64,000 nt of DNA from a virus: the IMG/VR virus record IMGVR_UViG_3300042197_003251, positions 17,018-81,017 of that record. One strand, 5' to 3'. The notes beneath the pieces are model-generated. The model searched no databases. It was not told where the DNA came from and was given only the letters and a program-made list of their open reading frames with translations. Numbering within the stretch: the stretch's first letter is position 1; the number at the start of each line of letters is the position of its first letter. This document shows positions 18,379 through 28,699 of the stretch, piece after piece. Made by a program: the position numbers and the translations under genes.

Positions 18379-19709
18379 TAATTGTGTCTAAATATATAAT
18401 AATCTTCTCCATTAAATTCAATAGTGTCATAATCACTATTGTAACTTGACATTTGACCATAATCTTCGTTTCTCATAAGATAATTGGTTAGTTCATCTTT
18501 GTCAACATATTTTTTTATATCATACCCCATATTACTTAAAAATTCATCGTAATTGTCAACATAGTAATCTACAGTTTCTTCAACTTTTTCATCAATCGCA
18601 TCTTCACTATAATCTCCATCAGGTGAGTCTTTAATTTCATCAATTTCAACTTCTATTTCTGAAATTCTATCTGTTGTTTCATCATATTCTTCATCTTCTG
18701 GATTCATTCCTTCCAATTTTTCTTCAAGTTGTGATTTTTCTGTTTCAAGATTATTTATTTCTTCTTCTTGGGCTCCACTTAATTCTTTATCTTCATCACT
18801 TAAATAAGCTTCAGGATTGTCCCTAACATCATTTTCATAAACGTCTTCAATATCACTTCTTAATTCATCCATATCTATACAATCTTCAATAACGTGTCTA
18901 TTAAATGCTTCTAAACCAACATCGTCAATATATTGTCTCCAATAGTCCTTAAAAGCGACATCAACTTCATTTGAATTGGCAATAAAATATTCTTCACCTT
19001 CTGAATCTGTAATCATTGATTTAAAAGCGGCAAGACCATACATTTCACCATCAGGAATTAAATCATAAACATCCCCATAATCTTTATCGTTTAATTCATC
19101 TATTTGACTTTCAATTTGATTTATTTGTCTTTCTATTTCATCGTATTCATCTCCAACACTATCAAGTTGTTCTTGTCTAATTTCAAGTTCAGATTTTCTA
19201 TTTTCAAGTTCATCAATTCTTTCTTGTAAATCTTTGGGTCTTAATTCAACTCCGTCTCTATTTTTTAAGTATTCAAAAAGAGCATGAGCCTTTGCATTAT
19301 AACCATCAGATAAATCATCCCAATCACCATCCTCTCTTCTTGATTGTGCAAGTGCTTTTATTTGCGCCTCTTCTTTAGCTTTCTTAATTCTCCATCTTTT
19401 TGAGTTATAATCAGAAACATATCCAGTTGTTTCAATTCCTTCCAAAGAAGCAATTTCTGTCCCTGAAATATCAAGCCTTCCAGTAACTTTAACTATTGGT
19501 CCTAAATTTTGAATTTTTGGGTATAATGATAAGTCAAGAGGTCCGTTAACAACTAATTTTTTTCCCCTGAATTTTGGTATTCTTGAAAGTCCATTTAAAT
19601 TACCTGACATTAATTTTAAGAATTCTAACACTTCATCTTGAGTAATGAATGCATAATCTTCTTCGGATTGTTCTTTTAATATTTTTGATACCAAATTAAT
19701 TAAGTTCAT
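18378..19709 (-). CDS. Very acidic coiled-coil phage protein
   Basis: 443 aa, D/E-rich; leader LVSKILKEQ; TATTTATA upstream. Confidence 0.8.
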   Translation of the reverse strand: MNLINLVSKILKEQSEEDYAFITQDEVLEFLKLMSGNLNGLSRIPKFRGKKLVVNGPLDLSLYPKIQNLGPIVKVTGRLDISGTEIASLEGIETTGYVSDYNSKRWRIKKAKEEAQIKALAQSRREDGDWDDLSDGYNAKAHALFEYLKNRDGVELRPKDLQERIDELENRKSELEIRQEQLDSVGDEYDEIERQINQIESQIDELNDKDYGDVYDLIPDGEMYGLAAFKSMITDSEGEEYFIANSNEVDVAFKDYWRQYIDDVGLEAFNRHVIEDCIDMDELRSDIEDVYENDVRDNPEAYLSDEDKELSGAQEEEINNLETEKSQLEEKLEGMNPEDEEYDETTDRISEIEVEIDEIKDSPDGDYSEDAIDEKVEETVDYYVDNYDEFLSNMGYDIKKYVDKDELTNYLMRNEDYGQMSSYNSDYDTIEFNGEDYYIFRHN

Positions 19710-19814
19710 GAAACACTTTTACTTATAAATATGCAAAAATAAGATATACTATTTCCTTTTGAAACTTTAATTAAAATATTTATCAGTAATAAACTAAACT
19801 AAAAATTAAACAAA

Positions 19815-19964
19815 ATGGCAGGATGTGGGTGCAAGAACAACCAAAAAACTGAGCCTGTTAACGTTCAGACAAGTGAGGCTCAAAAATCACAGCAAAATGA
19901 ATCAGTTCAAAAAGCTGTTCAGCAGACTATTGAGAAATATTATAAACAAAAAACAAAAGGTTAA
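19815..19964 (+). CDS. Small protein MAGCGCK... (49 aa, not in ORF track)
   Basis: A-rich leader, ATG, then hairpin terminator at 19995-20020. Confidence 0.65.
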   Translation: MAGCGCKNNQKTEPVNVQTSEAQKSQQNESVQKAVQQTIEKYYKQKTKG

Positions 19965-19994
19965 AACTTTTGTTATATTTCCGACTAGTCAATT

Positions 19995-20020
19995 AAAAGG
20001 GGGATTATTTCCCCTTTTTT
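19995..20020 (+). terminator. Intrinsic terminator
   Basis: AAAAGGGG...CCCCTTTTTT. Confidence 0.75.
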
Positions 20021-20058
20021 TATATTTATAGGTAATAAACCATTTAAAAAATAGTACT

Positions 20059-20106
20059 ATGAAAAACGGTGGTGGTAATGGCGGTGGTTGTGGATGCGGT
20101 AAGTAA
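20059..20106 (+). CDS. Candidate 15-aa peptide MKNGGGNGGGCGCGK
   Basis: Own TATTTATA (20023-20030) and own terminator (20138-20164); GC-rich island in an AT spacer. Confidence 0.5.
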   Translation: MKNGGGNGGGCGCGK

Positions 20107-20137
20107 TCCTAACTACAAAAAAATTAATCTAGATTGT

Positions 20138-20164
20138 AAAGGGGGGAATATTTCCCCCTTTTTT
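20138..20164 (+). terminator. Intrinsic terminator, near-copy of 19995-20020
   Basis: AAAGGGGGGAATATTTCCCCCTTTTTT. Confidence 0.75.
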
Positions 20165-20177
20165 AGTATTTATATAT

Positions 20178-21599
20178 ATGGATTTGCAGACAGGTGACTA
20201 CATAATTGTAAGAGATTGGGACAAAAACAATTTTTTTCGTAATAAGTATTATAAAGATTTAGAAAATAAACCAACAAGAGTTTGGGATTGGGGTGACGGA
20301 AGAATTTTTATTGCTCATCCTCATTTAGATTTAGTAGAATTACACGATGATGTAGTTTATGATAAAATTATAAACACCGATGATTTACCCGACCACAAGG
20401 GATATAAAAATAAAGTAAAGGAATTTAGCAAACTCACAACGGGTCAAGATATTAAAAGTGAAAAACCTTTATTGAAATTTTTGAAAAAAAAATCTTTAAA
20501 AGAAGAACAAGAAAAAACTTTATCTAAAAATGATGAAAAAATTATTAACTTAATTGGTTCAATAGAAAATGGTGAATTTGAAGTTGGGTATTTAGATAAA
20601 ATGTTTGGAAGTTTAGATAATTTTATTAATCTATTGAAAAAAAGAAATCTTTTAGAATATATTAATCCATATGATTCAGCATATGAAGAAATTCAAAATA
20701 AATTATTTTACGAAATTTACTTTAATGATAATAATTTTGTATGGGAATTAGTTGATAAATTTATGTCTGACGCGATTAAAATTGGAAATGACTATTACCT
20801 ACAATTAGATGAAGATGATTTATCTGATTTTTTTGAAACTTCTTGGAGGAACGATGTAAGTAAAGAATCAATAAAACAAATTTTAAGTGGTGAATACAAT
20901 TTTGATTTTTGGGATTTAGATGCAAATGAATACGAAGATGTATATGACGATTTGGTCCCTGAAAATAAAAAAATTGTGGATAATGTAATAGTTTCTGAAT
21001 TGAAAAACATAAAAAAACTTGATGTTACTTCAAAAACTCCAAGTTTAATTGATAAAATTGCTTTAGAGCAGGGAAATGAAGGTGAAATTCAGTTAAATGA
21101 TGATGTAATTTCCAGATTAATGGATGATGATGAATGTATTGAATACTTAATAATGGAAGAATTTCCTGATGATATAAAGTCAAATTTATATAGTCTATAT
21201 AGTAGTTGTTATAGTGGCACATTATATGATGAGTGGTATGATGATTTGATGAACGAGCTTGAAGGTTACATTATTGACTCTAGAAATGCTGAAGATTTTT
21301 CTTATGAAAAAGAAACTTGGGATAAAGAAGGTAAAAGAATTAAAAAAACTTTTTATGCTAGAAGGTATAAAGCAACAAATTGTATTTATGACATAATATC
21401 TGGTTGGCTTTATGATAATAAAGATAAAAATGGATATTCCCAAAATTCTTTAGACTACTTTGGTAGTATTGCTCAAGTATTAAAAGATTCCACAGAATAT
21501 GGCTCAAAGGATAAATTAAGAGTCCCGAATTTGAGCGATTATCCGGACCATACAAAAGTAGATAATTGTATGAATGAAAATGTTGGTGATTATTTTTGA
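20178..21599 (+). CDS. Acidic phage hypothetical protein
   Basis: 473-aa ORF, TATTTATA immediately upstream. Confidence 0.8.
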   Translation: MDLQTGDYIIVRDWDKNNFFRNKYYKDLENKPTRVWDWGDGRIFIAHPHLDLVELHDDVVYDKIINTDDLPDHKGYKNKVKEFSKLTTGQDIKSEKPLLKFLKKKSLKEEQEKTLSKNDEKIINLIGSIENGEFEVGYLDKMFGSLDNFINLLKKRNLLEYINPYDSAYEEIQNKLFYEIYFNDNNFVWELVDKFMSDAIKIGNDYYLQLDEDDLSDFFETSWRNDVSKESIKQILSGEYNFDFWDLDANEYEDVYDDLVPENKKIVDNVIVSELKNIKKLDVTSKTPSLIDKIALEQGNEGEIQLNDDVISRLMDDDECIEYLIMEEFPDDIKSNLYSLYSSCYSGTLYDEWYDDLMNELEGYIIDSRNAEDFSYEKETWDKEGKRIKKTFYARRYKATNCIYDIISGWLYDNKDKNGYSQNSLDYFGSIAQVLKDSTEYGSKDKLRVPNLSDYPDHTKVDNCMNENVGDYF

Positions 21600-21640
21600 A
21601 ATTAGTTTATAAATAAAAATTTAATTACTAAATTTGTTAT

Positions 21641-22348
21641 ATGAAAAGATATAAACTCAATACAAGGCAAGGTATGTGTAACTTTTTTGCCGAATATGTT
21701 TCTAATGAAATTAGTGAAAATGGAAAATATGATACTGTAATTTCAGTTTCAGATTGTGAATCATTACTTTTGATAAAAGGATATACAAGTAAAGAAGAAG
21801 CAAGAGATGTTAAAGAAATAGTAAATAAATTTATATCAAATTATTCGGTTGAATTTGATTTTGTTGACTTAACAAAAATTAGTACCATTGACATGGTTAC
21901 CTTTAATGAATCAAAAAAGTTTAAAAATAAAAAGTTAGATTTTAGATTTGATAGAGATGTTAGTCATCCCAAGTATAATCTTAATATGGTTAATTTACCG
22001 ATTATAACATCCGAGTTTCCTTATGGATTTTCTAAAAACTATTTAAAAAACTTATACTTTTATTTGGAGCATATTCTTTATAACGCTCAATCGCATTTTA
22101 TATACAATTTTATTGAGTTGTCGGTTGAAGAAGATGGTGATGGAAATGTTGAAATAACAAATATTATAACTGACTCTGTGTATAACCCTCAGAAATTAAA
22201 GTCAATTATTTATGACAATTTCCAAATGAACGTTAAAGAAATTTCACGAACACTTGAAAATCATAACATAGTTCATGACTTGCTATATTCACTCAATAAC
22301 TCGCCTTGGTTGTTTAAAAAAGAAAATTCGGAATTTTTGGTTGTTTAA
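21641..22348 (+). CDS. Hypothetical protein, weak resemblance to the SAM-synthetase (MetK) N-terminal fold
   Basis: GMCNFFAEYV...LLLIKGYTS....DVKEIV echoes MetK KICDQISDAI...VLVGGEIT....DIEEI; catalytic GHPD absent. Confidence 0.35.
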   Translation: MKRYKLNTRQGMCNFFAEYVSNEISENGKYDTVISVSDCESLLLIKGYTSKEEARDVKEIVNKFISNYSVEFDFVDLTKISTIDMVTFNESKKFKNKKLDFRFDRDVSHPKYNLNMVNLPIITSEFPYGFSKNYLKNLYFYLEHILYNAQSHFIYNFIELSVEEDGDGNVEITNIITDSVYNPQKLKSIIYDNFQMNVKEISRTLENHNIVHDLLYSLNNSPWLFKKENSEFLVV

Positions 22349-22872
22349 ACTCTTTTTGAGTGTCCAACCACCTGGTAGAAATCTTTTTTCCCGTCGCAAT
22401 AGTCTTCCATAAACTTTAGAAGATTTTTAAACATAAACGCTCCAGACGTTCTTTTTTCGCAACGAATAAAAAGTTCAATAAATGCGGATAATGTTTCAAC
22501 AGAATAACCTCCATCGTTATTCATTTCTTCATATTCCGTAAGATGTTTTTTGTTGTAAATAAGTTTATAAGAATTTCTTTCCTCCTGTGTTTCAAAAGGA
22601 AATATTGTGTCGTAAATTTCAATCCATTCTTTAATGTATTTGCCGACAAGTATTGGTTGTTTTTGTGATTTTAAAAGTAAATCAACAATCCAATGAGTAT
22701 GTGATGGAGCCCTTAATCTTTTATTTTTTTCCTTATACTTTAAAATGAAATCCAAATCCGGTCTTTCACCTCGTCCACCCTGATAAATGGCAACAACGAC
22801 CCCATCTTCCATTAACCAATGATTGACGGGTTCGTGTCTTGTGCCTTTCTTATTGAAGATTAATTCCTTCAA
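22345..22872 (-). CDS. Hypothetical protein
   Basis: 175-aa ORF in operon. Confidence 0.75.
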   Translation of the reverse strand: MKELIFNKKGTRHEPVNHWLMEDGVVVAIYQGGRGERPDLDFILKYKEKNKRLRAPSHTHWIVDLLLKSQKQPILVGKYIKEWIEIYDTIFPFETQEERNSYKLIYNKKHLTEYEEMNNDGGYSVETLSAFIELFIRCEKRTSGAFMFKNLLKFMEDYCDGKKDFYQVVGHSKRV

Positions 22873-23138
22873 ATTTTTTGTTTGATGATGTTCAACGCTT
22901 CGTCTAGTGTTTTGTAATCCATTTCAGCTGCAAATAATTCTGAGTTTTCTGTATTCTCATCATCAATTATCATAAAACTTGGAACAAAATCATTTTTTGC
23001 ATTTTTAAACATTTCATATTCTTCAGGATGTTGGTGAATATCCCTATCATGAAATTCTATTTTGTTTTCATTCAACATTCCTTTAAAGTGTTGGCAATGT
23101 CCGCAACCTTGCATTGTAAAAAGAACAATCTGTTTCAT
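22869..23138 (-). CDS. Glutaredoxin-like protein
   Basis: CGHC active site, FVP cis-Pro motif. Confidence 0.85.
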   Translation of the reverse strand: MKQIVLFTMQGCGHCQHFKGMLNENKIEFHDRDIHQHPEEYEMFKNAKNDFVPSFMIIDDENTENSELFAAEMDYKTLDEALNIIKQKI

Positions 23139-23437
23139 TATACATTCTCCATTATAAGTTTATTAATATCTTGAGCCATTTTAACTCCTACAGTTGTACT
23201 AACAACTGAACCCTCTTTAAACATTTTCATAGTAGGGACAGACCTAACATTATGTTCTTTTGAAAAATAAATGTCTTCTTCAGCGTTCACCCTATATATA
23301 GGGGTAGTTGTTGTGACTTTTTTTAGTTCTTCTTTTAACATCTTACATGGACCGCACCAGTCCGTGCTAAAACTAACCAACATTGTTTCTTTGTTTGCAA
23401 TTTTTTCTCTTAATTCTTTAATTGATATTTCTTTCAT
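23138..23437 (-). CDS. trxA: Thioredoxin
   Basis: WCGPCK, VRSVPT. Confidence 0.92.
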   Translation of the reverse strand: MKEISIKELREKIANKETMLVSFSTDWCGPCKMLKEELKKVTTTTPIYRVNAEEDIYFSKEHNVRSVPTMKMFKEGSVVSTTVGVKMAQDINKLIMENV

Positions 23438-23440
23438 TTT

Positions 23441-24100
23441 TTATATTTTTTTCCATCTAATATTTGTCCTAATTTCTTGGAAAAGTCCTTTTCTTATTTC
23501 AGGATAAATTTCAGATAATTGTTTATTTGTTAAACCTTCAGATATCTTATCTTTTATATCTTTTATTATTTCTATTTTTATTTTTGATTTTGCCTGTGTT
23601 TTTTTTCTTATATTTTCTTCTCTTTGAACCCTTTCTTCCGCAGTAAGATTTTCCCAACCTTTTTTTACTGACAACTTTCTTTTATTTTTTTCTTCTTCAG
23701 CTCTATCCCCATATAAAACCTCATATGTTTTATTTTTATGAGAATTACCGTTTTTTGTATTTTCAGAAATTTTTTTTCTTGTCGTTTCAGAATGTTTATA
23801 ACCTAAACATCCTTCACCACCAGTTGTCGTATTTAAACCATTTTCAAAAGTACCTAAATTTTTAATATAAAATTGCTCCATTTGATAAATTTTATCTATA
23901 TCACACTCCTCAATTAATTCTATCCTAAAATTTTCTAATCCATACTTTCTAATAGAGTTACAAAATTTTGTATTTGAGTCAGTATTTAAACATCTATAAA
24001 AGTGCTCATTCAGTCTTTTAGTTAACGAATAAATTGTACATCCCACATATTGCTTACCATTAACCTCATTTATTACTTTATATATTTTTCCCGAGTCCAT
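23441..24100 (-). CDS. GIY-YIG homing endonuclease (NUMOD3)
   Basis: KIYKVIN..NGKQYVGCT, R..EH, E...I, GLNTTTGGEG, HSETTRKKIS. Confidence 0.9.
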   Translation of the reverse strand: MDSGKIYKVINEVNGKQYVGCTIYSLTKRLNEHFYRCLNTDSNTKFCNSIRKYGLENFRIELIEECDIDKIYQMEQFYIKNLGTFENGLNTTTGGEGCLGYKHSETTRKKISENTKNGNSHKNKTYEVLYGDRAEEEKNKRKLSVKKGWENLTAEERVQREENIRKKTQAKSKIKIEIIKDIKDKISEGLTNKQLSEIYPEIRKGLFQEIRTNIRWKKI

Positions 24101-24140
24101 GCTAATTGGTGTTATTTACTTATAAATATCACCAAGTTGC

Positions 24141-24473
24141 CTATTTTTTAAAACTTGTTAATAATAAATTTATTTGTTGTCTATCTTTATAATCATAATA
24201 AATCCTCATTTTATAAGCATCCTGTCCATCAAGATTAACAATTGTACTTAAAGTTAAGTAAATATAATATAATCCCTGCACTTTACAAATATATTCAAAA
24301 ATAGTTTCTTTTCTATCGTTTATGATAGAATTTTGAAGTATAACAACTACATTCTTTTTTTCTGTAAGAATTTCAGGTGTAAATCCGTGAGTATCATTGT
24401 ATTCAATAATACTCATATTTGGATTGTTATTTAATATTATATTTTCTTTATCAAATGACATCATAATAGTCAA
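24141..24473 (-). CDS. Hypothetical protein
   Basis: 110-aa ORF in operon. Confidence 0.6.
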   Translation of the reverse strand: MTIMMSFDKENIILNNNPNMSIIEYNDTHGFTPEILTEKKNVVVILQNSIINDRKETIFEYICKVQGLYYIYLTLSTIVNLDGQDAYKMRIYYDYKDRQQINLLLTSFKK

Positions 24474-26109
24474 ATTCTTCTTTTAATGCTACCATAGCTG
24501 TTATGCTTCCGCTTAAATCCCAAGTTAAATTAATTGGTCTTTTTGATTTGAAATTAATATAATAAAGATTTGGTAATTGGAAATCCGTAACATATGATAA
24601 TTTATTTTCAACAACTGAAATGGCCTCATTCCATTTTTCAGATGGTTTATAATTGAACCTTGCTCTTGTTTGGGCGTTTTTCCAAGTTACTTTTCCGTTT
24701 TCAAACTTTTTAGGGATAAATTGCATTGTAAGTCTTTCGTTATTTTCATCTCTTAATGAAATAATTATTGACCCTATGTTTCCATTATAAGTTTTAACAC
24801 AATTTGATTGATGAGCACTTTCCTCAATATATTGCGCGTTTGTTTGAAGTAAAACTGGTGAATACCTTAGTCCATCAACAATAAATGGTTGTTGAATGTA
24901 ATTCAAAAAACTTTCATTATACTCTCTTTCATAATATCCTTTAGTGTAAAAACTATACTTATCGGCAAAGATGGAATGTTCGGTGCCAAAGGTTTCTGAA
25001 TCAACAGAGTTCCATCTAACATTTTCATATTTACTTATTTCTTTATAAAATTTTATATGGTCGTTAAATGCATGGAGGCCAAAGTCATGTTTATAAAATG
25101 ATAATAGTGTTTGGTATATATTCATTTTTTCTTTTTTGGTGACCTTGTTTATGAATTCGGTAACTTCACTTACTCCTTCATAAAAATGAAGAAAATTTGG
25201 ACTTTCTATTAAAAATGTAAGTTCAGTTTCAGGTCTCTGTGTTAGAAAATCAATACCAAATAAATTAATAAGATTTTTAATTTCATTAAAATCAAGTTTG
25301 TTAACCTTATGTAATACCTTTCTAAACTTATCTCCTTTAATATCATAATATTGCATATAAGTTTCAACAAGTTTGTTTCCATTTTTCTTAAACAATCTTG
25401 CCGGAGGTTTTTTTCCTGCGTGTTTATATGTCATAAAATTGTTTGGTGCTTTTATCTGTTTGTCTTTAAGATATTTTGAATACAAATCAGAAGTTATATC
25501 ATAATAATTGTCTCTTTTGTCTATTCCCAATTTTAAATAAAACTTTGAATAAAGTTCATTTATTTGGTCAATCAGAGGATTTGGTTCCTTACTATTAAAT
25601 TCTTCGTTTGGTTGTCGTAATAATACAATCATTGAACTATAGGCGGCATTCATATGATTATAAAAATGGTTACAATTAATTTTTTTTGACTTTTTTCTTT
25701 TGTCGTAATTTGAAATTCGTCCAGAATAAAAGTTTTTAGTTTTCTTGTTATAGGTAACAAAACTTATATCACTTTTTCTTTTAAACCATGTACATCCAAC
25801 TCGTCTACTTTTTGAAGTTTGAAAAAATTTTAATGAAATTTTATTTTCATCTTCTTCTAAACAAAGTGTACCTCTTGAAATGTCTACACTACATAAGGGA
25901 TTACCAAAATCTTTTAGTGTTTTATCCTCATCTAAATATCTAAGTTTGAATACCCATTCATTATTTTTTGAAAGTTTAATACCTGTATAGTTAATTCCAA
26001 GTATTTCGTCTTCAAAAGAAAGGTTTTCGGGTTTTTCTGGTAGAGGACAATGGTCAAGATATTCTGTAACCCATATTTTTTCAATTACAATTTTATCAAT
26101 CGTTTCCAT
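24451..26109 (-). CDS. PcfJ-like domain protein
   Basis: C-terminal EESAHQSNCVKTY...IISLR...T...Q.RARFN. Confidence 0.7.
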   Translation of the reverse strand: METIDKIVIEKIWVTEYLDHCPLPEKPENLSFEDEILGINYTGIKLSKNNEWVFKLRYLDEDKTLKDFGNPLCSVDISRGTLCLEEDENKISLKFFQTSKSRRVGCTWFKRKSDISFVTYNKKTKNFYSGRISNYDKRKKSKKINCNHFYNHMNAAYSSMIVLLRQPNEEFNSKEPNPLIDQINELYSKFYLKLGIDKRDNYYDITSDLYSKYLKDKQIKAPNNFMTYKHAGKKPPARLFKKNGNKLVETYMQYYDIKGDKFRKVLHKVNKLDFNEIKNLINLFGIDFLTQRPETELTFLIESPNFLHFYEGVSEVTEFINKVTKKEKMNIYQTLLSFYKHDFGLHAFNDHIKFYKEISKYENVRWNSVDSETFGTEHSIFADKYSFYTKGYYEREYNESFLNYIQQPFIVDGLRYSPVLLQTNAQYIEESAHQSNCVKTYNGNIGSIIISLRDENNERLTMQFIPKKFENGKVTWKNAQTRARFNYKPSEKWNEAISVVENKLSYVTDFQLPNLYYINFKSKRPINLTWDLSGSITAMVALKEEFDYYDVI

Positions 26110-26135
26110 ATTTGAATAATAATAAAAAAATTTGA

Positions 26136-26432
26136 TTAGTTCAAATTTAAATCACCCCATTTTGTTTTGTGTATTGGAACCAATACTTCTTTTAGAGTTT
26201 GTCTTTTTGACTCTCCATGAAATTTAACAAGAATATCTAAAATTTGTTGTTGAGTAAGGACAATATCTTCTCCATTGTCAAAATTCTTATAGACTGCAAT
26301 TCTCAACTGCATATAAAATTTTTCTTTATCTAATTCGCCTATAAGGTTTTTTAAGTCCTTTGGATTTTTGTCAAAGAACCCAATCAAACCTGAAATATAA
26401 ATTTCACAATCCACATTGTTTTTCATTTTCAA
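26136..26432 (-). CDS. Hypothetical protein
   Basis: 98-aa ORF. Confidence 0.7.
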   Translation of the reverse strand: MKMKNNVDCEIYISGLIGFFDKNPKDLKNLIGELDKEKFYMQLRIAVYKNFDNGEDIVLTQQQILDILVKFHGESKRQTLKEVLVPIHKTKWGDLNLN

Positions 26433-26462
26433 ATATTTTTTGGACTGCTAATATAGTGAATA

Positions 26463-27821
26463 TTACTCTTCTTTCCTAAAATAAAGTCCATTTCCAATAT
26501 CGTCAAACTTCTCAACAATCCCATTTGGTAATTTAAGATTTGAGTCACAGTTTTGTATATTAATAAATGTAAGTTCTCTCATTTGACTAATTGAATCAGG
26601 TAAATTCTTTAATTCTTTATTATTAGGTAATGACAAGAAATTAAGTGAAGAACATTTTGAAACTTCGTCTGATAATGACTTAACAATATTGTCAAGCATC
26701 AATGTTTCCAAACTTTGGAATCTTGCGATTGACGGTGGAATGTCAATAGCCGCAGATGATTTTTTATTTTCAATAATTAAACTAGTAATATCATCAGGTA
26801 GATTATCAAATATTTCAGTTGCACCATAAAGAGCAATGAACTTACCTGCCGCGCTATCAGGAATTTGAATTGTAACTTTTCTTTCTCCACTTGAAACAAG
26901 TCCTTTCGCAAACTCAGGCTTAAAGTAATCTTTCAATTCTTTAAGTTTACCATTCAACATATCTACAAGATTTACTTGGTGGTCATGTCTATCCATAAAT
27001 TGTGAATCAGGGAAGTGGAATTGGTATCTTTCAACTGGAAGACCTGATACTTTACCCAAGTCAGAAGATTCATTTGGAAGGATTACATAAAGTGGTCCTT
27101 TACCCAAATATCTTTTCCACCAATCAGCTCCAGGTGCAGATGTACACCATCTTGATTCACCTTTTTCTGATTCGTGTGAACCACCATAGAAACAAGCCGC
27201 ATCTTTTTGAAGTTGCGATGTTCCTTCAATTTTAACTACGGTCCAGTTTTGTCCACGAAAAACTACATCAGCACCAGGGTGTTCATAACTTTTTTTAGCC
27301 TCTTCTTTTTCAGCCTTAGATGCTTTTTGTTTTTCCAAACTTAAATCTTTAACAAGTTCAAAAACATCATCTTTTGATAATTTTGCAATATCCCTTTTTT
27401 CTTGTGGGAATGTTCCTTTAAATCTTTCAAATTTTTTGAGGTCATCTGTTACTTTATACAAATCTTCCAAAAACAAATTCTGATACGCCTTTACAGCCTG
27501 ACTATAAGCCCTTTGGTCTTCAGGATTTGCCTGAATATTTGATGGCTTCATAAAGTTTTTAATAAGCCAGTTAGTGTATTTACCAACTTTAACATTTTCC
27601 ATGTCTTCAACTGAAGCCGTATCAATGTTAACTTCTGTACCTCTTGGAACTACAGTTGTAGGGTCAGCAAAGATTAATGCCTTTAATACCTCAAAAGGAA
27701 TTTTCTTTGGGTCGGGTTTTGATTTCCCTTCAGGTGATGACTTTTGTACCAAAGTATCATATAATACTTTAAACCTTGAATTCTCAATAATTAACGATTT
27801 TAAAATATTTGTAAATTTCAT
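26463..27821 (-). CDS. Phage protein with RWCT domain and C-terminal leucine-rich repeats
   Basis: AACFYG...SRWCTSA...YQFHF; IPPSIARFQSLETLML, LNFLSLPNNKELKNLPDSISQMRELTFINI. Confidence 0.75.
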   Translation of the reverse strand: MKFTNILKSLIIENSRFKVLYDTLVQKSSPEGKSKPDPKKIPFEVLKALIFADPTTVVPRGTEVNIDTASVEDMENVKVGKYTNWLIKNFMKPSNIQANPEDQRAYSQAVKAYQNLFLEDLYKVTDDLKKFERFKGTFPQEKRDIAKLSKDDVFELVKDLSLEKQKASKAEKEEAKKSYEHPGADVVFRGQNWTVVKIEGTSQLQKDAACFYGGSHESEKGESRWCTSAPGADWWKRYLGKGPLYVILPNESSDLGKVSGLPVERYQFHFPDSQFMDRHDHQVNLVDMLNGKLKELKDYFKPEFAKGLVSSGERKVTIQIPDSAAGKFIALYGATEIFDNLPDDITSLIIENKKSSAAIDIPPSIARFQSLETLMLDNIVKSLSDEVSKCSSLNFLSLPNNKELKNLPDSISQMRELTFINIQNCDSNLKLPNGIVEKFDDIGNGLYFRKEE

Positions 27822-27846
27822 AGATAATTTTTTATATATAAATATA

Positions 27847-28698
27847 TCAATAATTCATAATTAACAATTCCTCTCCCATATTTTGAGCCTTTCCTTTTTT
27901 TGCCGCCGCAGCTTTAGCAAATTCTTTCTTTTCCCATCTATATTGGTCTTGGGGAAACCACTCGTGCAAAAGTAAAAAATCATAGTAAGATAATGAAAAT
28001 TTTCCTTGAATAGTTTTCAACACATTTGCTAAACGTTCATGGTCATTTCTGTCAAAATCATGATTTGAATAATAATCACCTTCTCCGACTACGAAATATG
28101 GTGGGTCATTGTAAAAATACGTAGTTGGTGAATCGTATTTTTTTATTACGTCCTCAAAATCCATATTTTCAACAAAAGTGATTTTTTCAAACATTTTGTG
28201 CCATTCAGGATTTTTGAGTTTATTTTTGAATGAAGTAAATTTAGAATGATATTTTCCTTTTAAATCAATGAATTTGGATTTTGCCGGATTAGCTCCTGAA
28301 AAAACTTGGGTTAATACGTACACATATTTTGCAGCAACTTCATAATTTGGCTCATCTCCAATATTTAAATCTTCAGAATAAAGTTCTTTTTGAAAATTAT
28401 TAAAATTTTCTTTACATATTGGGTTAGTTGGTTGGGTATCTTTTTGTTGAACAATTATTTTTTCACATTCTTCAAGTAGTCTTTGGTGATTACTGATACA
28501 TCTATATAGATTATAATTTAAAGGATTAAAATCGTTGTAAACTACTGTTTTTAAATTTGGGAAATCTGCCAAATTCATACCAAAAAAAATCCAAAATTGC
28601 CCACTAAAGCTCTCAACATAAGTTTCAATATCTTTTGGTATTAATGGGATAATCCACGACTGCATTCTTTTTTTACCACCAATATAACTAATACACAT
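27847..28698 (-). CDS. dam: Dam-like (D12 class) DNA adenine methyltransferase
   Basis: YIGGK, YVESFSG, VYNDFN, NDPPY, EELLIMNY. Confidence 0.9.
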   Translation of the reverse strand: MCISYIGGKKRMQSWIIPLIPKDIETYVESFSGQFWIFFGMNLADFPNLKTVVYNDFNPLNYNLYRCISNHQRLLEECEKIIVQQKDTQPTNPICKENFNNFQKELYSEDLNIGDEPNYEVAAKYVYVLTQVFSGANPAKSKFIDLKGKYHSKFTSFKNKLKNPEWHKMFEKITFVENMDFEDVIKKYDSPTTYFYNDPPYFVVGEGDYYSNHDFDRNDHERLANVLKTIQGKFSLSYYDFLLLHEWFPQDQYRWEKKEFAKAAAAKKGKAQNMGEELLIMNY

Positions 28699-28699
28699 A

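Noticed and set aside
19825-20031. 68-aa GTG-start ORF from the ORF track
   Set aside because: Runs through a terminator; the ATG frame 19815-19964 fits the leader and terminator better
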